From: Ferroacidibacillus organovorans
GTDB taxonomy: Bacteria; Bacillota; Bacilli; Alicyclobacillales; SLC66
Reading direction: 5' to 3'
DNA: 43,427 nt
Assembly (NCBI RefSeq): GCF_001642725.1
Contig: NZ_LSUQ01000021.1
Span: 1-43,427 of the forward strand
Both the position numbers and the translations under genes were made by a program. The notes beneath the pieces were generated by a model that was not told the origin of the DNA, did no database searches, and worked only from the letters and a program-made list of their open reading frames with translations. Positions 19,691 through 28,830 of this stretch are shown here, in pieces; position 1 is the first letter of the stretch; every line of letters starts with the position of its first letter.

Positions 19691-21519
19691 TACGCAGGGT
19701 CCCCCGCGAGCGCAACGTGCGATGCGTGACGCGCCGCCGCGCTGCCTCCCTGTTGGAGCAGATACATGTTGTAGTAGAGTCCCCGCTTTGCAAGCAACTC
19801 CTGATGCGTCCCGCGCTCCACAATCTCGCCGTGGTGTAACACGAGGATCTGATCCGCATCTTGAATCGTCGAGAGGCGATGCGCAATCGCGATCGTCGTT
19901 CGCCCGTGGCGCATCCGCGACAACGCCTCTTGAATCGCGATTTCTGTCTCCGTGTCGACACTCGCCGTCGCCTCGTCAAGCACGAGAACCTTCGGTTTTC
20001 GCACCATCGTTCGCGCAAACGAGAGTAACTGCCGCTGCCCGGAGGAGAGCGTCGCGCCCCGCTCCGCGACCACCTCCTCGTAACCTTTTGGCAGTCGTTT
20101 GATGAAACGATCCGCCTGTACGAACGCTGCCGCATCCTCCACCTCTTCGTCGGTGAAGTGCGTGCCGCCAAGCCGAATGTTATGCCGCATGTCCCCGACA
20201 AAAAGAAACGGGTCTTGAAGCACGAGACCGATCCGGTTGCGCAACACATCGTCCGGGTACCCGTCAAGTGGAACATCATCGACCAGAATCTGACCGCGCG
20301 TCACCGGGTAAAAACGCATCAACAGGTTGATCGTTGTACTCTTGCCACTTCCCGTGTGGCCCACCAGCGCCACCGTCTGACCCGGAAGCGCTGTAAAGGA
20401 TATGTTTTTCAGCACATCATTTTCCCCGTCATACGAAAAGCTGACGTCGCGAAACTCGATCTTTCCGCGTCCCGTTTCCGGGAACTCGCCCATTTCTTCA
20501 CCGCTCGGCGCCAACTGCGTCTCATCCATCAACATAAAGACGCGCGTCGCCGCCACCAGCGACTGTTGAAACAGATTGAGACGCATCATCATGTTGTTGA
20601 TCGGCTCAAAAAACCGTTCCAGATAATTGACGAACGCATAGAGCACTCCGAGATCCACCACATGGGAGAGCGAACGGACGCCGAAAAACCAAAGCACAAG
20701 CATAAGCGTCATCATGTAGAGCACGTCAACCATCGGTCGCAGCAGCAACCCATTGATCTTGATGTTACGCACGCGCACTTGGCGATACGCCTGATTGATC
20801 TCACCAAACTCATCGCGCAGACGGCGTTCCTGACGCATCGCCTGAATGATGTACATCCCTTGCAGCGACTCGTTGAGTTTGGCATTTAGCTGGCTCAACT
20901 TCTGCCGACTGAGATGGTACACCCGCGTGCTAAGGATGCGATACACCTGCATCAGCGTCGCGATCAGCGGTATAAGCAGCAAGCAAAGTAAAGCCAGATG
21001 AGCATTCAGAAAAAAGAGCGAGATGTAAATCCCCGTCAATAAAAACAGATTCTGAGCAAACGTCGATAGCACACTCATGAACAGATCCTGAATCGCTTCC
21101 GTATCATTTGTGATGCGGGAAACGAGTGAACCTGCGGGCGTTTTGTCAAAAAAAGCGAGCGCCAATGCCTGCACCTTACTGTACACCTCGATGCGAATGC
21201 GCTGAATGATGCGCAGCGCCAGCGTCTGGAACGCGAGAACCTGCAGGAAGTTAAAGGATGCCGTAATGATCAGCAAAACGATATAGAGCGACGCCAATCG
21301 AACGAGCGGTCCAACAGGAAAGTGATTGACCGTCAGATAGTGATCAATGAAATCCTTGATGATCAAGGGGCCCAATACGTCGGTCGCCGTAGCGATCGCG
21401 AGCAGCGCAAACGCGCCAAAAAGAGCCCATCCGTGCGGGCGAAGATAAGACAGCAGCCTCATCAACACCTGGCGATCCGCGCGTTTCATCTCGGCGGATC
21501 CTACTTCAAATTCGTTCAC
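19690..21519 (-). CDS. yheH: ABC exporter half, TMD+NBD (YheH/BmrD-like)
   Basis: FFDKTPAGSLVSRITNDTE, GHTGSGKST, LSSGQRQL, LDEAT, AHRLST. Confidence 0.85.
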   Translation of the reverse strand: MNEFEVGSAEMKRADRQVLMRLLSYLRPHGWALFGAFALLAIATATDVLGPLIIKDFIDHYLTVNHFPVGPLVRLASLYIVLLIITASFNFLQVLAFQTLALRIIQRIRIEVYSKVQALALAFFDKTPAGSLVSRITNDTEAIQDLFMSVLSTFAQNLFLLTGIYISLFFLNAHLALLCLLLIPLIATLMQVYRILSTRVYHLSRQKLSQLNAKLNESLQGMYIIQAMRQERRLRDEFGEINQAYRQVRVRNIKINGLLLRPMVDVLYMMTLMLVLWFFGVRSLSHVVDLGVLYAFVNYLERFFEPINNMMMRLNLFQQSLVAATRVFMLMDETQLAPSGEEMGEFPETGRGKIEFRDVSFSYDGENDVLKNISFTALPGQTVALVGHTGSGKSTTINLLMRFYPVTRGQILVDDVPLDGYPDDVLRNRIGLVLQDPFLFVGDMRHNIRLGGTHFTDEEVEDAAAFVQADRFIKRLPKGYEEVVAERGATLSSGQRQLLSFARTMVRKPKVLVLDEATASVDTETEIAIQEALSRMRHGRTTIAIAHRLSTIQDADQILVLHHGEIVERGTHQELLAKRGLYYNMYLLQQGGSAAARHASHVALAGDPA

Positions 21520-23279
21520 GCAGAAACACCTCCGTGCTCAACGATATTCTCCAACTGTTGACGCTCATACATCGCCGCATAGACACCATTTTGCGCGAGA
21601 AGATCCATATGCGCGCCACGCTCCACGATCTACCCATCTTCGAGCACGAGAATGAGATCCGCGTGCTCAACCGAACTGAGCCTGTGCGTCGCAATCAAGG
21701 TCGTCGCGGTTTTTGGCTTTTGACGCAGTGCGTGCAAAATTGACGCCTCCGTCGTCGCATCAACCGCTGAGAGCGAGTCGTCAAGAATCAAGATCTCAGC
21801 ATCCATCAGTAGCGCGCGGGCAATCGACACCCTCTGTTTTTGCCCGCCGGAAAGCGTTACGCCGCGCTCGCCTACAACCGTTGCGTACCCGTCGGGAAAA
21901 CGCAGGATATCTTCGTGGATCGCGGCTTGGCGCGCGACGCCCTGAATCTCTTCAAGTGGTGCCGACGCCCGCGCGAATGCGATGTTTTGCGCGATCGAGG
22001 CGGAAAACAGGAAATGGTCTTGCGGGACATACGCAATCGCTCCGCGCAACGCAGAAAGCGTCCACGCGTCAATCGGCTGTCCACCGACGAAAATCTCGCC
22101 TTGCGTTACGTCAAACTCGCGCAGCAGGAGCTTAAAGAGCGTTGTCTTTCCACTCCCGGTGCGTCCGACGATGCCGAGTGTCTGTCCCTGTTTGATTGAA
22201 AAGTGAATGTTTTTTAGCACCGGTTTTTCCGCGTCAGGATACGTGAATTCGTCGAGCGCAAACGCGATCTCACCCGTGGGTCGTCCATCGAGCGTGATCT
22301 CTGCGTCGCGGATGTCTTCCGGCGTGCTGAGCAGCGTCTTAATTCGATCGTCTGAGGCGCGCCCGCGCTCCACGATGTTAAACAGCCAGCCAAACGCGAG
22401 CATCGGCCAGATCAACTGTCCGAGATAGAGCGTAAACGTCGTCAATTCCCCAATCGTCAGTTGTCTGTGAACGACAAAAAGTGCGCCAAAACCTACCGAA
22501 AGCAGGTACGAGCAGCCGACGACAAGCGAGATCGTCGGATCGAACAAGGCGTCAATCCGCGCAACGCGAATGTTTTTTTTCACGACGTCAAGCGACCGCT
22601 CCGCAAACCGCTTACGCTCCACATCCTCTTGCCCAAACGCCTTGATAACGCGAATGCCCGCAATCGTTTCCTGCGTGTATTCTGTAATCTCGGCAAACGC
22701 CTCTTGCGCGATGTGAAAACGCGTGTGCATCATGCGGCCGTAGCGAGACGTCGCAAACGCCATGATCGGCATCGGAATCAGCGTAATGAGCGTCAATTTC
22801 CAACTGAGCGTCGTTGCCATCGTCGTGATGACGACAATTCCCGTAGAAATCGAGTCCACCAGTGTCAGAATTCCGTCCGTCGCAGTCATCTCGACCGCTT
22901 GAACGTCATTGGTTGAGTGCGCCATCAAATCCCCGATGCGATTTTTGTGATAGAATTGCGGCGACATCCTTGTAAAATGTTCATAGAGTTTCTCGCGCAA
23001 TCGCGCCGCCAATTCCATCGCGGACCCGAAGAGAAGAACGCGCCAGATGTAGCGCATGGCGTAGATAAACACAGTATCCACCGCGAGGATGGCCACCCAT
23101 TGAAGAATCATCCCGCGCGTAAGTGTGTGACGGCGCATGGCGTCCATGATCACGCCGACGGCGTGCGGCGGAATAAGACTTAAAATGGCAACACAAAGAA
23201 GCAGTGAAATGCCTGCCGCATAGCGACCTTTGTGCATTTTGAAAAACCACATCAAATCGAGAAATACGCGCACAATCAA
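21516..23279 (-). pseudogene. yheI: ABC exporter half (YheI/BmrC-like) interrupted by an in-frame TAG at 21630-21632
   Basis: GDLMAHSTND, GRTGSGKTT, LSGGQKQR, LDDSLSAVD, THRLS. After LEDG-TAG the frame continues IVERGAHMDLLAQNGVYAAMYERQQLENIVEHGGVSA to TGA 21516-21518, which overlaps the GTG of yheH. Confidence 0.8.
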
Positions 23280-23492
23280 TCGTCCCTTCTTTCATTAGAC
23301 GACCTCAGGCGCATACGAAGTCCGTTTTTGGTTTGGTCCGGGGTTTGGGACAACGGAGGACTGTTCTAGTCTCTGTCGCATTGCGAGGTTCGTTTGAAGA
23401 TATCTGTAGGGTATCACAGATGGTAGCGGTTGCCTACCCACAAACAAGCCTAAGTCTCTGAAAATAGGAAGTTCTCCTTACGATGAACGGAG

Positions 23493-24476
23493 ATGATTGT
23501 ATTGCCCATGGACGTTTTATCAACCATCCCCAAAAAACGTTTTCGAGACGCAGGGATCACCCTGCCGCCTGAACTGTCGATTGTCCATCGCGAAGAGGAT
23601 GTGACACCCTATCGTGAGAGCACGTGTCGCGCCGTTCTGTCGCTTCACTCCCATTTCCCAAGCGATGACTATTTGAGCATGCCAAAGCTTGAGATGGTGC
23701 AACTACTCTCGGCGGGCCACGACGCGATTGACGTCGGGCGTTTCGCAAAACGGAACATCATCCTCTGCAACAACCCTGGCGCGAATGCGGACGCCGTCGC
23801 GGAACATATTCTCATGAGCATCCTCTATTTCGCGCGGCGCGTCGGGGAGTGTCAGGCCATTGACTACACCGATGCCTACACGACGCAGCGAAATGCCATG
23901 ATGGGTCCGCTCCTTCGAGACGCGCGGGAACTGCACGTGGGGCTCATCGGCATGGGACAGATCGGCCAAGCGTTTGCAGTGATGGCGCGTGCCCTCTCAA
24001 TTTCGTGTAGCTATACGAGCCGCACGCGACGGATAGACATAGAGGAAGCGCACGGCGCAACTTGGCGCACGCCTGAAACTCTTTTGAATACGTGTGACGT
24101 CATCGCGCTGACCCTTCCGCTCACGCCTGAGACGGTGCACTTCATGAACCGTGCACGGTTTGCGGCGATGAAGGATAACGCGATTTTTATCAATGTGAGC
24201 CGCGGTGCATTGGTTGACCAAGAGGCGTTGGCAGACGCTCTGCGCTCTCGCAAACTCTATGGCGCTAGCACGGATGTCTTTGACCCGGAACCACCGCGTC
24301 CCGACAATCCGCTCTTCCAGCTTCCGCCGGATGTGCGTGCACGACTGCTGTTGACGCCACATCTCGCCGGAATCACCCACCAAACGTGGCGTGAAATGAT
24401 GCAACGCGCAATTTCGAATCTCGCGCGATATGCTGTGGGAAAAGAACCACTGCATCGCGTGAATGATGAAACCTGA
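23493..24476 (+). CDS. D-isomer-specific 2-hydroxyacid dehydrogenase
   Basis: AGHDAID, NADAVAEH, GLIGMGQIG, PLTPET, INVSRG, DVFDPEP, TPHLAG. Confidence 0.9.
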   Translation: MIVLPMDVLSTIPKKRFRDAGITLPPELSIVHREEDVTPYRESTCRAVLSLHSHFPSDDYLSMPKLEMVQLLSAGHDAIDVGRFAKRNIILCNNPGANADAVAEHILMSILYFARRVGECQAIDYTDAYTTQRNAMMGPLLRDARELHVGLIGMGQIGQAFAVMARALSISCSYTSRTRRIDIEEAHGATWRTPETLLNTCDVIALTLPLTPETVHFMNRARFAAMKDNAIFINVSRGALVDQEALADALRSRKLYGASTDVFDPEPPRPDNPLFQLPPDVRARLLLTPHLAGITHQTWREMMQRAISNLARYAVGKEPLHRVNDET

Positions 24477-24493
24477 ACGCAGATCTTCTCGTC
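24467..24493 (+). promoter_or_regulatory. ECF-sigma (SigM/W/X-type) promoter candidate
   Basis: TGAAAC-17 nt-CGTC about 60 nt upstream of the surface-protein ATG. Confidence 0.5.
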
Positions 24494-24552
24494 TTATGAG
24501 GAGACGCATTCCTTTAAAGGGATGTAACACACTTTCAAAGGAGTCCTAGCGA

Positions 24553-26808
24553 ATGAAGTCAACCAAACAAGCCATGCTCTTTTCTGCATCCATGATCCTT
24601 GCACTCTCTCCAGTCTCACTCAGCCTCGCCGCAACACAAGCGAAACACACAACCATAAGCACAACCCTGTCGATTGCGCGCGCAAAGCAAATCGCCACCA
24701 ACCTCTTTCACATCCCGTCGTACTATGCGATGACGCAGGAAAACTACAACTCAGCGAGTCAAGGAAATCCGCCCAGTTATAATCTTATGTTTACATTTAC
24801 GACGCCCACCCAACAGCAGAATTCGATCAACGTTACTCTGAACGCACAAACGGGTGAGGTACTCAACTATAATCGCTATAATGGTCCCGAGTCTTTTGTG
24901 TTTCCCGTTCCAGAATCGCTCTCGGCTGCAACCCAAGCGGCGCAAGCGTGGGTTAAAAAGCTCTCCCCCACACACGCGGCGCAGCTCACTCTCGAACCAC
25001 TCGCCCCACAAACTGGTACGTCACTCACCCAAGGTGTGCAGTACACGTTTGATTTTGTCCGCATGGCAAACGGCGTACCTGCACCGTTTGACGGCTGCAC
25101 AGTCGTGATCGATCAGAACGGAAATCTAATCAACTATTCGAGTTCTTGGTTAAACCTCCCCTTCCCTTCGGGTAAACCTGCGCTTTCACTGACTCAGGCA
25201 AACGCGCGATACGCGGCTGGACTGCCTTTAACGCTTTCCTATCAACAGAATTGGCAAGGGCAGTCGACGCCCTCCACCGTTCTCGCGTATTCTTTAAATC
25301 CCGGCAGCTATCCGGAATTTTGGAACGCCGGGTATCTCACACAATCGAGTGGCATCGGCATCCCGGTAATTGACGCGCAGACCGGTCAAGTGATTGATGC
25401 AACAGGCAAGGTACATCCAATTCCAACTCAGGCACCCCTGAAACCGCTGGATCCACACGGTGGCCGCGCCGCATTTCTATGGAAGAAAGTCAACTGGACC
25501 GAGCAGCAGGCGCTGCAATTTGCCAAGTCAGCGCTCGGCGTGCCGACAAACTTCAGCCTGACTACATCAAGTCAGGGACAATCCTTCCCTCAGGGCGACA
25601 ACATGTGGAACTTTACGTGGACAAACCCGAAAAATGCCAATGACCAAATCAGCGCGCAAATCGACTCGACCTACGGTGTATTGCAAAGCGCCTACGGCGG
25701 TTCAACAAGCTACAACGGGAAAGATCAATACACTTCGGCGCAACTTTTCGCACGCGCCAAAGCGTTTCTCGCGCGCGTCTTTCCGAACGATCTCGGTTCG
25801 ATCGCTCTCAAGCCAATGACATTTAAAAAATATCCCGGCACCACGACGGATTATCAGATCCAGTTGATTGTAAACGGTCTACCTGACAGCGGAAGCAGCG
25901 GAAGCCTGACGATGAGTGGCGTGACGGGTCAAGTCGCAAACTACTACTCTCCCCTACAATCGTCGAATTCTGGCCCATTCAAATCACCGAAAGGCGCAAT
26001 CTCTCTGCAAGCTGCGCAACAGGCGTGGGTAAAGGCTGCTCCACTCAGTTTGATGTACCTCGAAACACAACCGAGTGGGTATGCACAAGGTACTACGACC
26101 GGACATGTGATTCTCGCGTATGCGCCTGTCGGAAGTCTTGTTTATGGCGGCATGGTCGACGCGTTCACAGGGCAGGTGTTAAACGGTCCGCAAACGCCCG
26201 GATATCGCGGCATCCCGAGCGATATCGTCGGTCTCCCGCAAACGCCAGAGCTTGAACTGCTCGTCAATGATGGCTTACTTTCGGTCGACGCGAATGGACA
26301 CGCGCAGCCGAATGCACTCATGACACGCGCAGCATTCGTAAAGCTGGTCGTCGGCGCCTTTAATCTTTCCCAAGGCGGCACACCGATGATGGCTGGACTC
26401 TCACACGGCATCCAAGCGTCACTCTCCGACGTCTCCTCTGCCAGCCCAGCGTTTAGCGCGATTGTCTCCGCCTACGAAATGGGGCTGCTCCCGCCGGGTC
26501 CGCTGTTTCAGCCTAACGCATTGGCAACGCGCGGATTCGCCGCCACATTACTTGCTCGCGCACTCGGCTACAATGCCCTGCTTGCACACCCGACACTCTT
26601 TCACTTCACGGCGAGCGACGCCGCGTCCATTCCGACGGATCATCTCGCGGCGGATGCGATCGCCACAACGCTTGGCATGTTCCAGTTGCAAAACGGAAGT
26701 TTCATGGACAGCACCCCGATCTCCATCAAAGATGCAGCAGTCGCCGTCGTCTACGGGGCCAACGCCCTCGCAAAAAACGGCCCCTCCCCTATCCGCTTTC
26801 AGGGCTGA
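24553..26808 (+). CDS. secreted cell-surface protein with YcdB/YcdC (PepSY-like) repeats and C-terminal SLH domains
   Basis: Signal peptide. Repeated NAQTGEV/DAQTGQV/DAFTGQV and F.RMANGVP motifs. C-terminal PNALMTRAAF and FQPNALATR SLH-like motifs. RBS AAAGGAG. Confidence 0.75.
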   Translation: MKSTKQAMLFSASMILALSPVSLSLAATQAKHTTISTTLSIARAKQIATNLFHIPSYYAMTQENYNSASQGNPPSYNLMFTFTTPTQQQNSINVTLNAQTGEVLNYNRYNGPESFVFPVPESLSAATQAAQAWVKKLSPTHAAQLTLEPLAPQTGTSLTQGVQYTFDFVRMANGVPAPFDGCTVVIDQNGNLINYSSSWLNLPFPSGKPALSLTQANARYAAGLPLTLSYQQNWQGQSTPSTVLAYSLNPGSYPEFWNAGYLTQSSGIGIPVIDAQTGQVIDATGKVHPIPTQAPLKPLDPHGGRAAFLWKKVNWTEQQALQFAKSALGVPTNFSLTTSSQGQSFPQGDNMWNFTWTNPKNANDQISAQIDSTYGVLQSAYGGSTSYNGKDQYTSAQLFARAKAFLARVFPNDLGSIALKPMTFKKYPGTTTDYQIQLIVNGLPDSGSSGSLTMSGVTGQVANYYSPLQSSNSGPFKSPKGAISLQAAQQAWVKAAPLSLMYLETQPSGYAQGTTTGHVILAYAPVGSLVYGGMVDAFTGQVLNGPQTPGYRGIPSDIVGLPQTPELELLVNDGLLSVDANGHAQPNALMTRAAFVKLVVGAFNLSQGGTPMMAGLSHGIQASLSDVSSASPAFSAIVSAYEMGLLPPGPLFQPNALATRGFAATLLARALGYNALLAHPTLFHFTASDAASIPTDHLAADAIATTLGMFQLQNGSFMDSTPISIKDAAVAVVYGANALAKNGPSPIRFQG

Positions 26809-26889
26809 GGATACATGTGCTTCAAGCGGATCGCGCACCCGAGCCTGCCTCCAGGACTGCTCGCACATCCGCTTCACAATTACCCCGAC

Positions 26890-26923
26890 AGTAAAAGAGC
26901 AGGCGCACGCCTGCTCTTTTACT
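26890..26923. terminator. intrinsic terminator
   Basis: Perfect 15-bp stem AGTAAAAGAGCAGGC/GCCTGCTCTTTTACT with a 4-nt loop. Confidence 0.85.
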
Positions 26924-26961
26924 TTGAAGCACGCGCATGCGACCGCGGTTCTCGCGCCATT

Positions 26962-26990
26962 TTGCACTTTGGCAACCAAGCCGATATACT
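26962..26990 (+). promoter_or_regulatory. sigma-A promoter of selC
   Basis: TTGCAC-17 nt-TATACT ending 15 nt before the tRNA. Confidence 0.75.
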
Positions 26991-27005
26991 AGAGCGAGTG
27001 TTCAT

Positions 27006-27102
27006 GGGGGTGGATGGGGTACTGGTGTCCTTCCCGGTCTTCAAAACCGAGTGGGCGGCACGGGTTGTCGCCGGTGGGTTCGATTCCCACACGCTCCCGC
27101 CA
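27006..27102 (+). tRNA. selC: tRNA-Sec (anticodon UCA)
   Basis: 97 nt. 8-position acceptor stem GGGGGTGG/ACGCTCCC, 6-bp D stem with 4-nt loop, anticodon loop CTTCAAA, long variable arm GGCGGCA/TGTCGCC, T arm GTGGG-TTCGATT-CCCAC, G73 and encoded CCA. Confidence 0.93.
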
Positions 27103-27149
27103 AGGGTTTTCAGGCTTTCGCCGATGAATGTTCGTCGTAAAAGTGTCTC

Positions 27150-27170
27150 CGTGTAACAAGTCGTGTAACA
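27150..27170 (+). repeat. tandem 9-bp direct repeat CGTGTAACA (12-bp period), integrase arm-site-like
   Basis: CGTGTAACA at 27150-27158 and 27162-27170, about 50 nt downstream of the tRNA 3' end. Confidence 0.55.
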
Positions 27171-27385
27171 CGAAATCAACCTTATTTTCTGCGGCAGTGA
27201 TTCGATGTTCCCCGGCTTATGTTGACGGAAGACATAAGTTAGGTAGCCGATTATGTATTCTTGTCTCCGAATATCTATCCCCCAAAAACTTCTACGCTTG
27301 TCGTATGCACGATTTTGATTCCATTCACTGGTTCTTCGATACACTTTCTGCAGTTACGGGCAGAATAGCTGAAGAACAATATGAT

Positions 27386-27423
27386 AAATAAGACACTTCC
27401 GCACTAAAGGAAGTGTCTTATTT
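27386..27423. terminator. bidirectional terminator-like hairpin
   Basis: 15-bp stem AAATAAGACACTTCC/GGAAGTGTCTTATTT. Confidence 0.7.
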
Positions 27424-27507
27424 CAAAATGCCCATTCCAATGTATGTTCATCTTTTAGGTCATTCAAATAAAGGAGTGACTCGCTTCAATCCCATATTAT
27501 TAATATA

Positions 27508-27557
27508 AATCTTTAAAGATTATAAGTCTAGACTTGATTTTTTATATGGGTTATGAT
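27508..27557 (+). promoter_or_regulatory. MFS promoter with tandem palindromic operators
   Basis: TAGACT-17 nt-TATGAT (27529-27557). Palindromes AATCTTTAAAGATT (27508-27521) and AAGTCTAGACTT (27524-27535). Confidence 0.5.
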
Positions 27558-27600
27558 ACGGAAATTAATTCGGAAATCATGTAAGGGGCGAATATGAGCA

Positions 27601-28830
27601 ATGGTAAGCCTAAAGAGAGAAATATTTTCTCATCCTCAGTTCCGATGGTTCTTCTTAGGACGTACGGTTTCTTTGTTTGGTAGTGCTATGACGCCCGTGG
27701 CTCTCGCATTCGCAGTTCTGCAAGCTCCGAAAGGACAGCAGTTGTTGGGATACATCCTTGCTGCTGAAATGATTCCCAATGTTTTGATGGTGCTGATCGG
27801 CGGAACGATTGGGGATCGTTATCGTCGAGATGTATTGTTACTTCTTAGTAATATAGGGTCTGGATTATCTCAGGCAGGCATTGCTGCCATCGTTGTTTTG
27901 GGCGCGAATCCGTATTTCATGTTCCCATTGGCAATCATAAACGGTGTATTGGGTGCATTTACTTCTCCGGCGATGCGCGGCATTGTTCCAGAAATAGTAG
28001 ACAGCAAAGATGATATTAAACAAGCGAATTCGCTACTCAATGTATCCCGGAATTCTGCCAAAATCGTCGGTCCAACGGTAGCAGGGATTTTGGTGGCAAC
28101 AGTCGGTGGCGGTTGGGGGATTGCAATTGATGCCGTCAGTTTTTTCGTTGCTGCGTTTTGTTTTAGTCAAGTCCGTATTCCGTCTCATCCTCCTATTACG
28201 CAAGCGACTATTATGCAAGACATGCGTGAAGGGTGGTCCTACTTCCGTCGTCATCGTTGGATTTGGTCGATTACTGCTGCATTTGCGTTGATGAATGCAA
28301 TTCAGATGGGAGTGTGGCAAGTTCTTGGACCCATTATTGCTAGGCATACCTTTGGGTCTGCTGGGTGGGGATTAACGCTTGGTATAAAATCGCTGGGTCT
28401 CTTAGTGGCTAGCTTGGCGATGCTAAAGTTCCAATTAAGGCGTCCGCTTCGCGAGTGCATGTTGGCAATTTCAGTAAGCGGTATACCTATGATTATGCTT
28501 GGTCAAGGGTATGCTTTGCCGTATCTCGTCGTTGGTGCTGCATTGGCTGGAGCGGGATCAGCTATATCAGGCGTAGCCTGGGACACCTCATTACAACAAG
28601 CTGTACCGAAAGACAAACTCTCACGCGTATGTGCCTTCGATGATTTTGGATCTTATATCGCTATACCTTTAGGAGAAATACTGGCAGTACCAATGTCGAG
28701 GATCTTTGGGTTTAAATCAGTTGCAACCGTCGGTGGAGTAATCTTTATTTTGGTTGCTCTTCTTCCCTTGATTATGCGTCAGGTGAGACAGATGACGCCA
28801 GAGTGCATTCAGTCCCTCAGCTCTGAGTAG
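27601..28830 (+). CDS. MFS transporter (DHA3/macrolide-efflux-like)
   Basis: FRWFFLGRTVSLFGS, GGTIGDRYRR motif A, about 12 TM segments, DMREGWSY, LQQAVP..LSRV. Confidence 0.88.
   Translation: MVSLKREIFSHPQFRWFFLGRTVSLFGSAMTPVALAFAVLQAPKGQQLLGYILAAEMIPNVLMVLIGGTIGDRYRRDVLLLLSNIGSGLSQAGIAAIVVLGANPYFMFPLAIINGVLGAFTSPAMRGIVPEIVDSKDDIKQANSLLNVSRNSAKIVGPTVAGILVATVGGGWGIAIDAVSFFVAAFCFSQVRIPSHPPITQATIMQDMREGWSYFRRHRWIWSITAAFALMNAIQMGVWQVLGPIIARHTFGSAGWGLTLGIKSLGLLVASLAMLKFQLRRPLRECMLAISVSGIPMIMLGQGYALPYLVVGAALAGAGSAISGVAWDTSLQQAVPKDKLSRVCAFDDFGSYIAIPLGEILAVPMSRIFGFKSVATVGGVIFILVALLPLIMRQVRQMTPECIQSLSSE

Noticed and set aside
21630..21632. Selenocysteine insertion at the internal stop of yheI
   Set aside because: The codon is TAG, not TGA, and the aligned residue is not a Cys position.
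27075..27102. Duplicated tRNA 3' end (attR) elsewhere in the window
   Set aside because: By-eye search around 28.8, 30.9 and 35.7-35.9 kb found no convincing copy; a BLASTN would be needed to exclude short degenerate matches.
26815..27156. 113-aa ORF after the SLH gene, and other ORFs overlapping 26919-27391
   Set aside because: They run through a terminator, a promoter and the tRNA-Sec gene and show no protein motifs.
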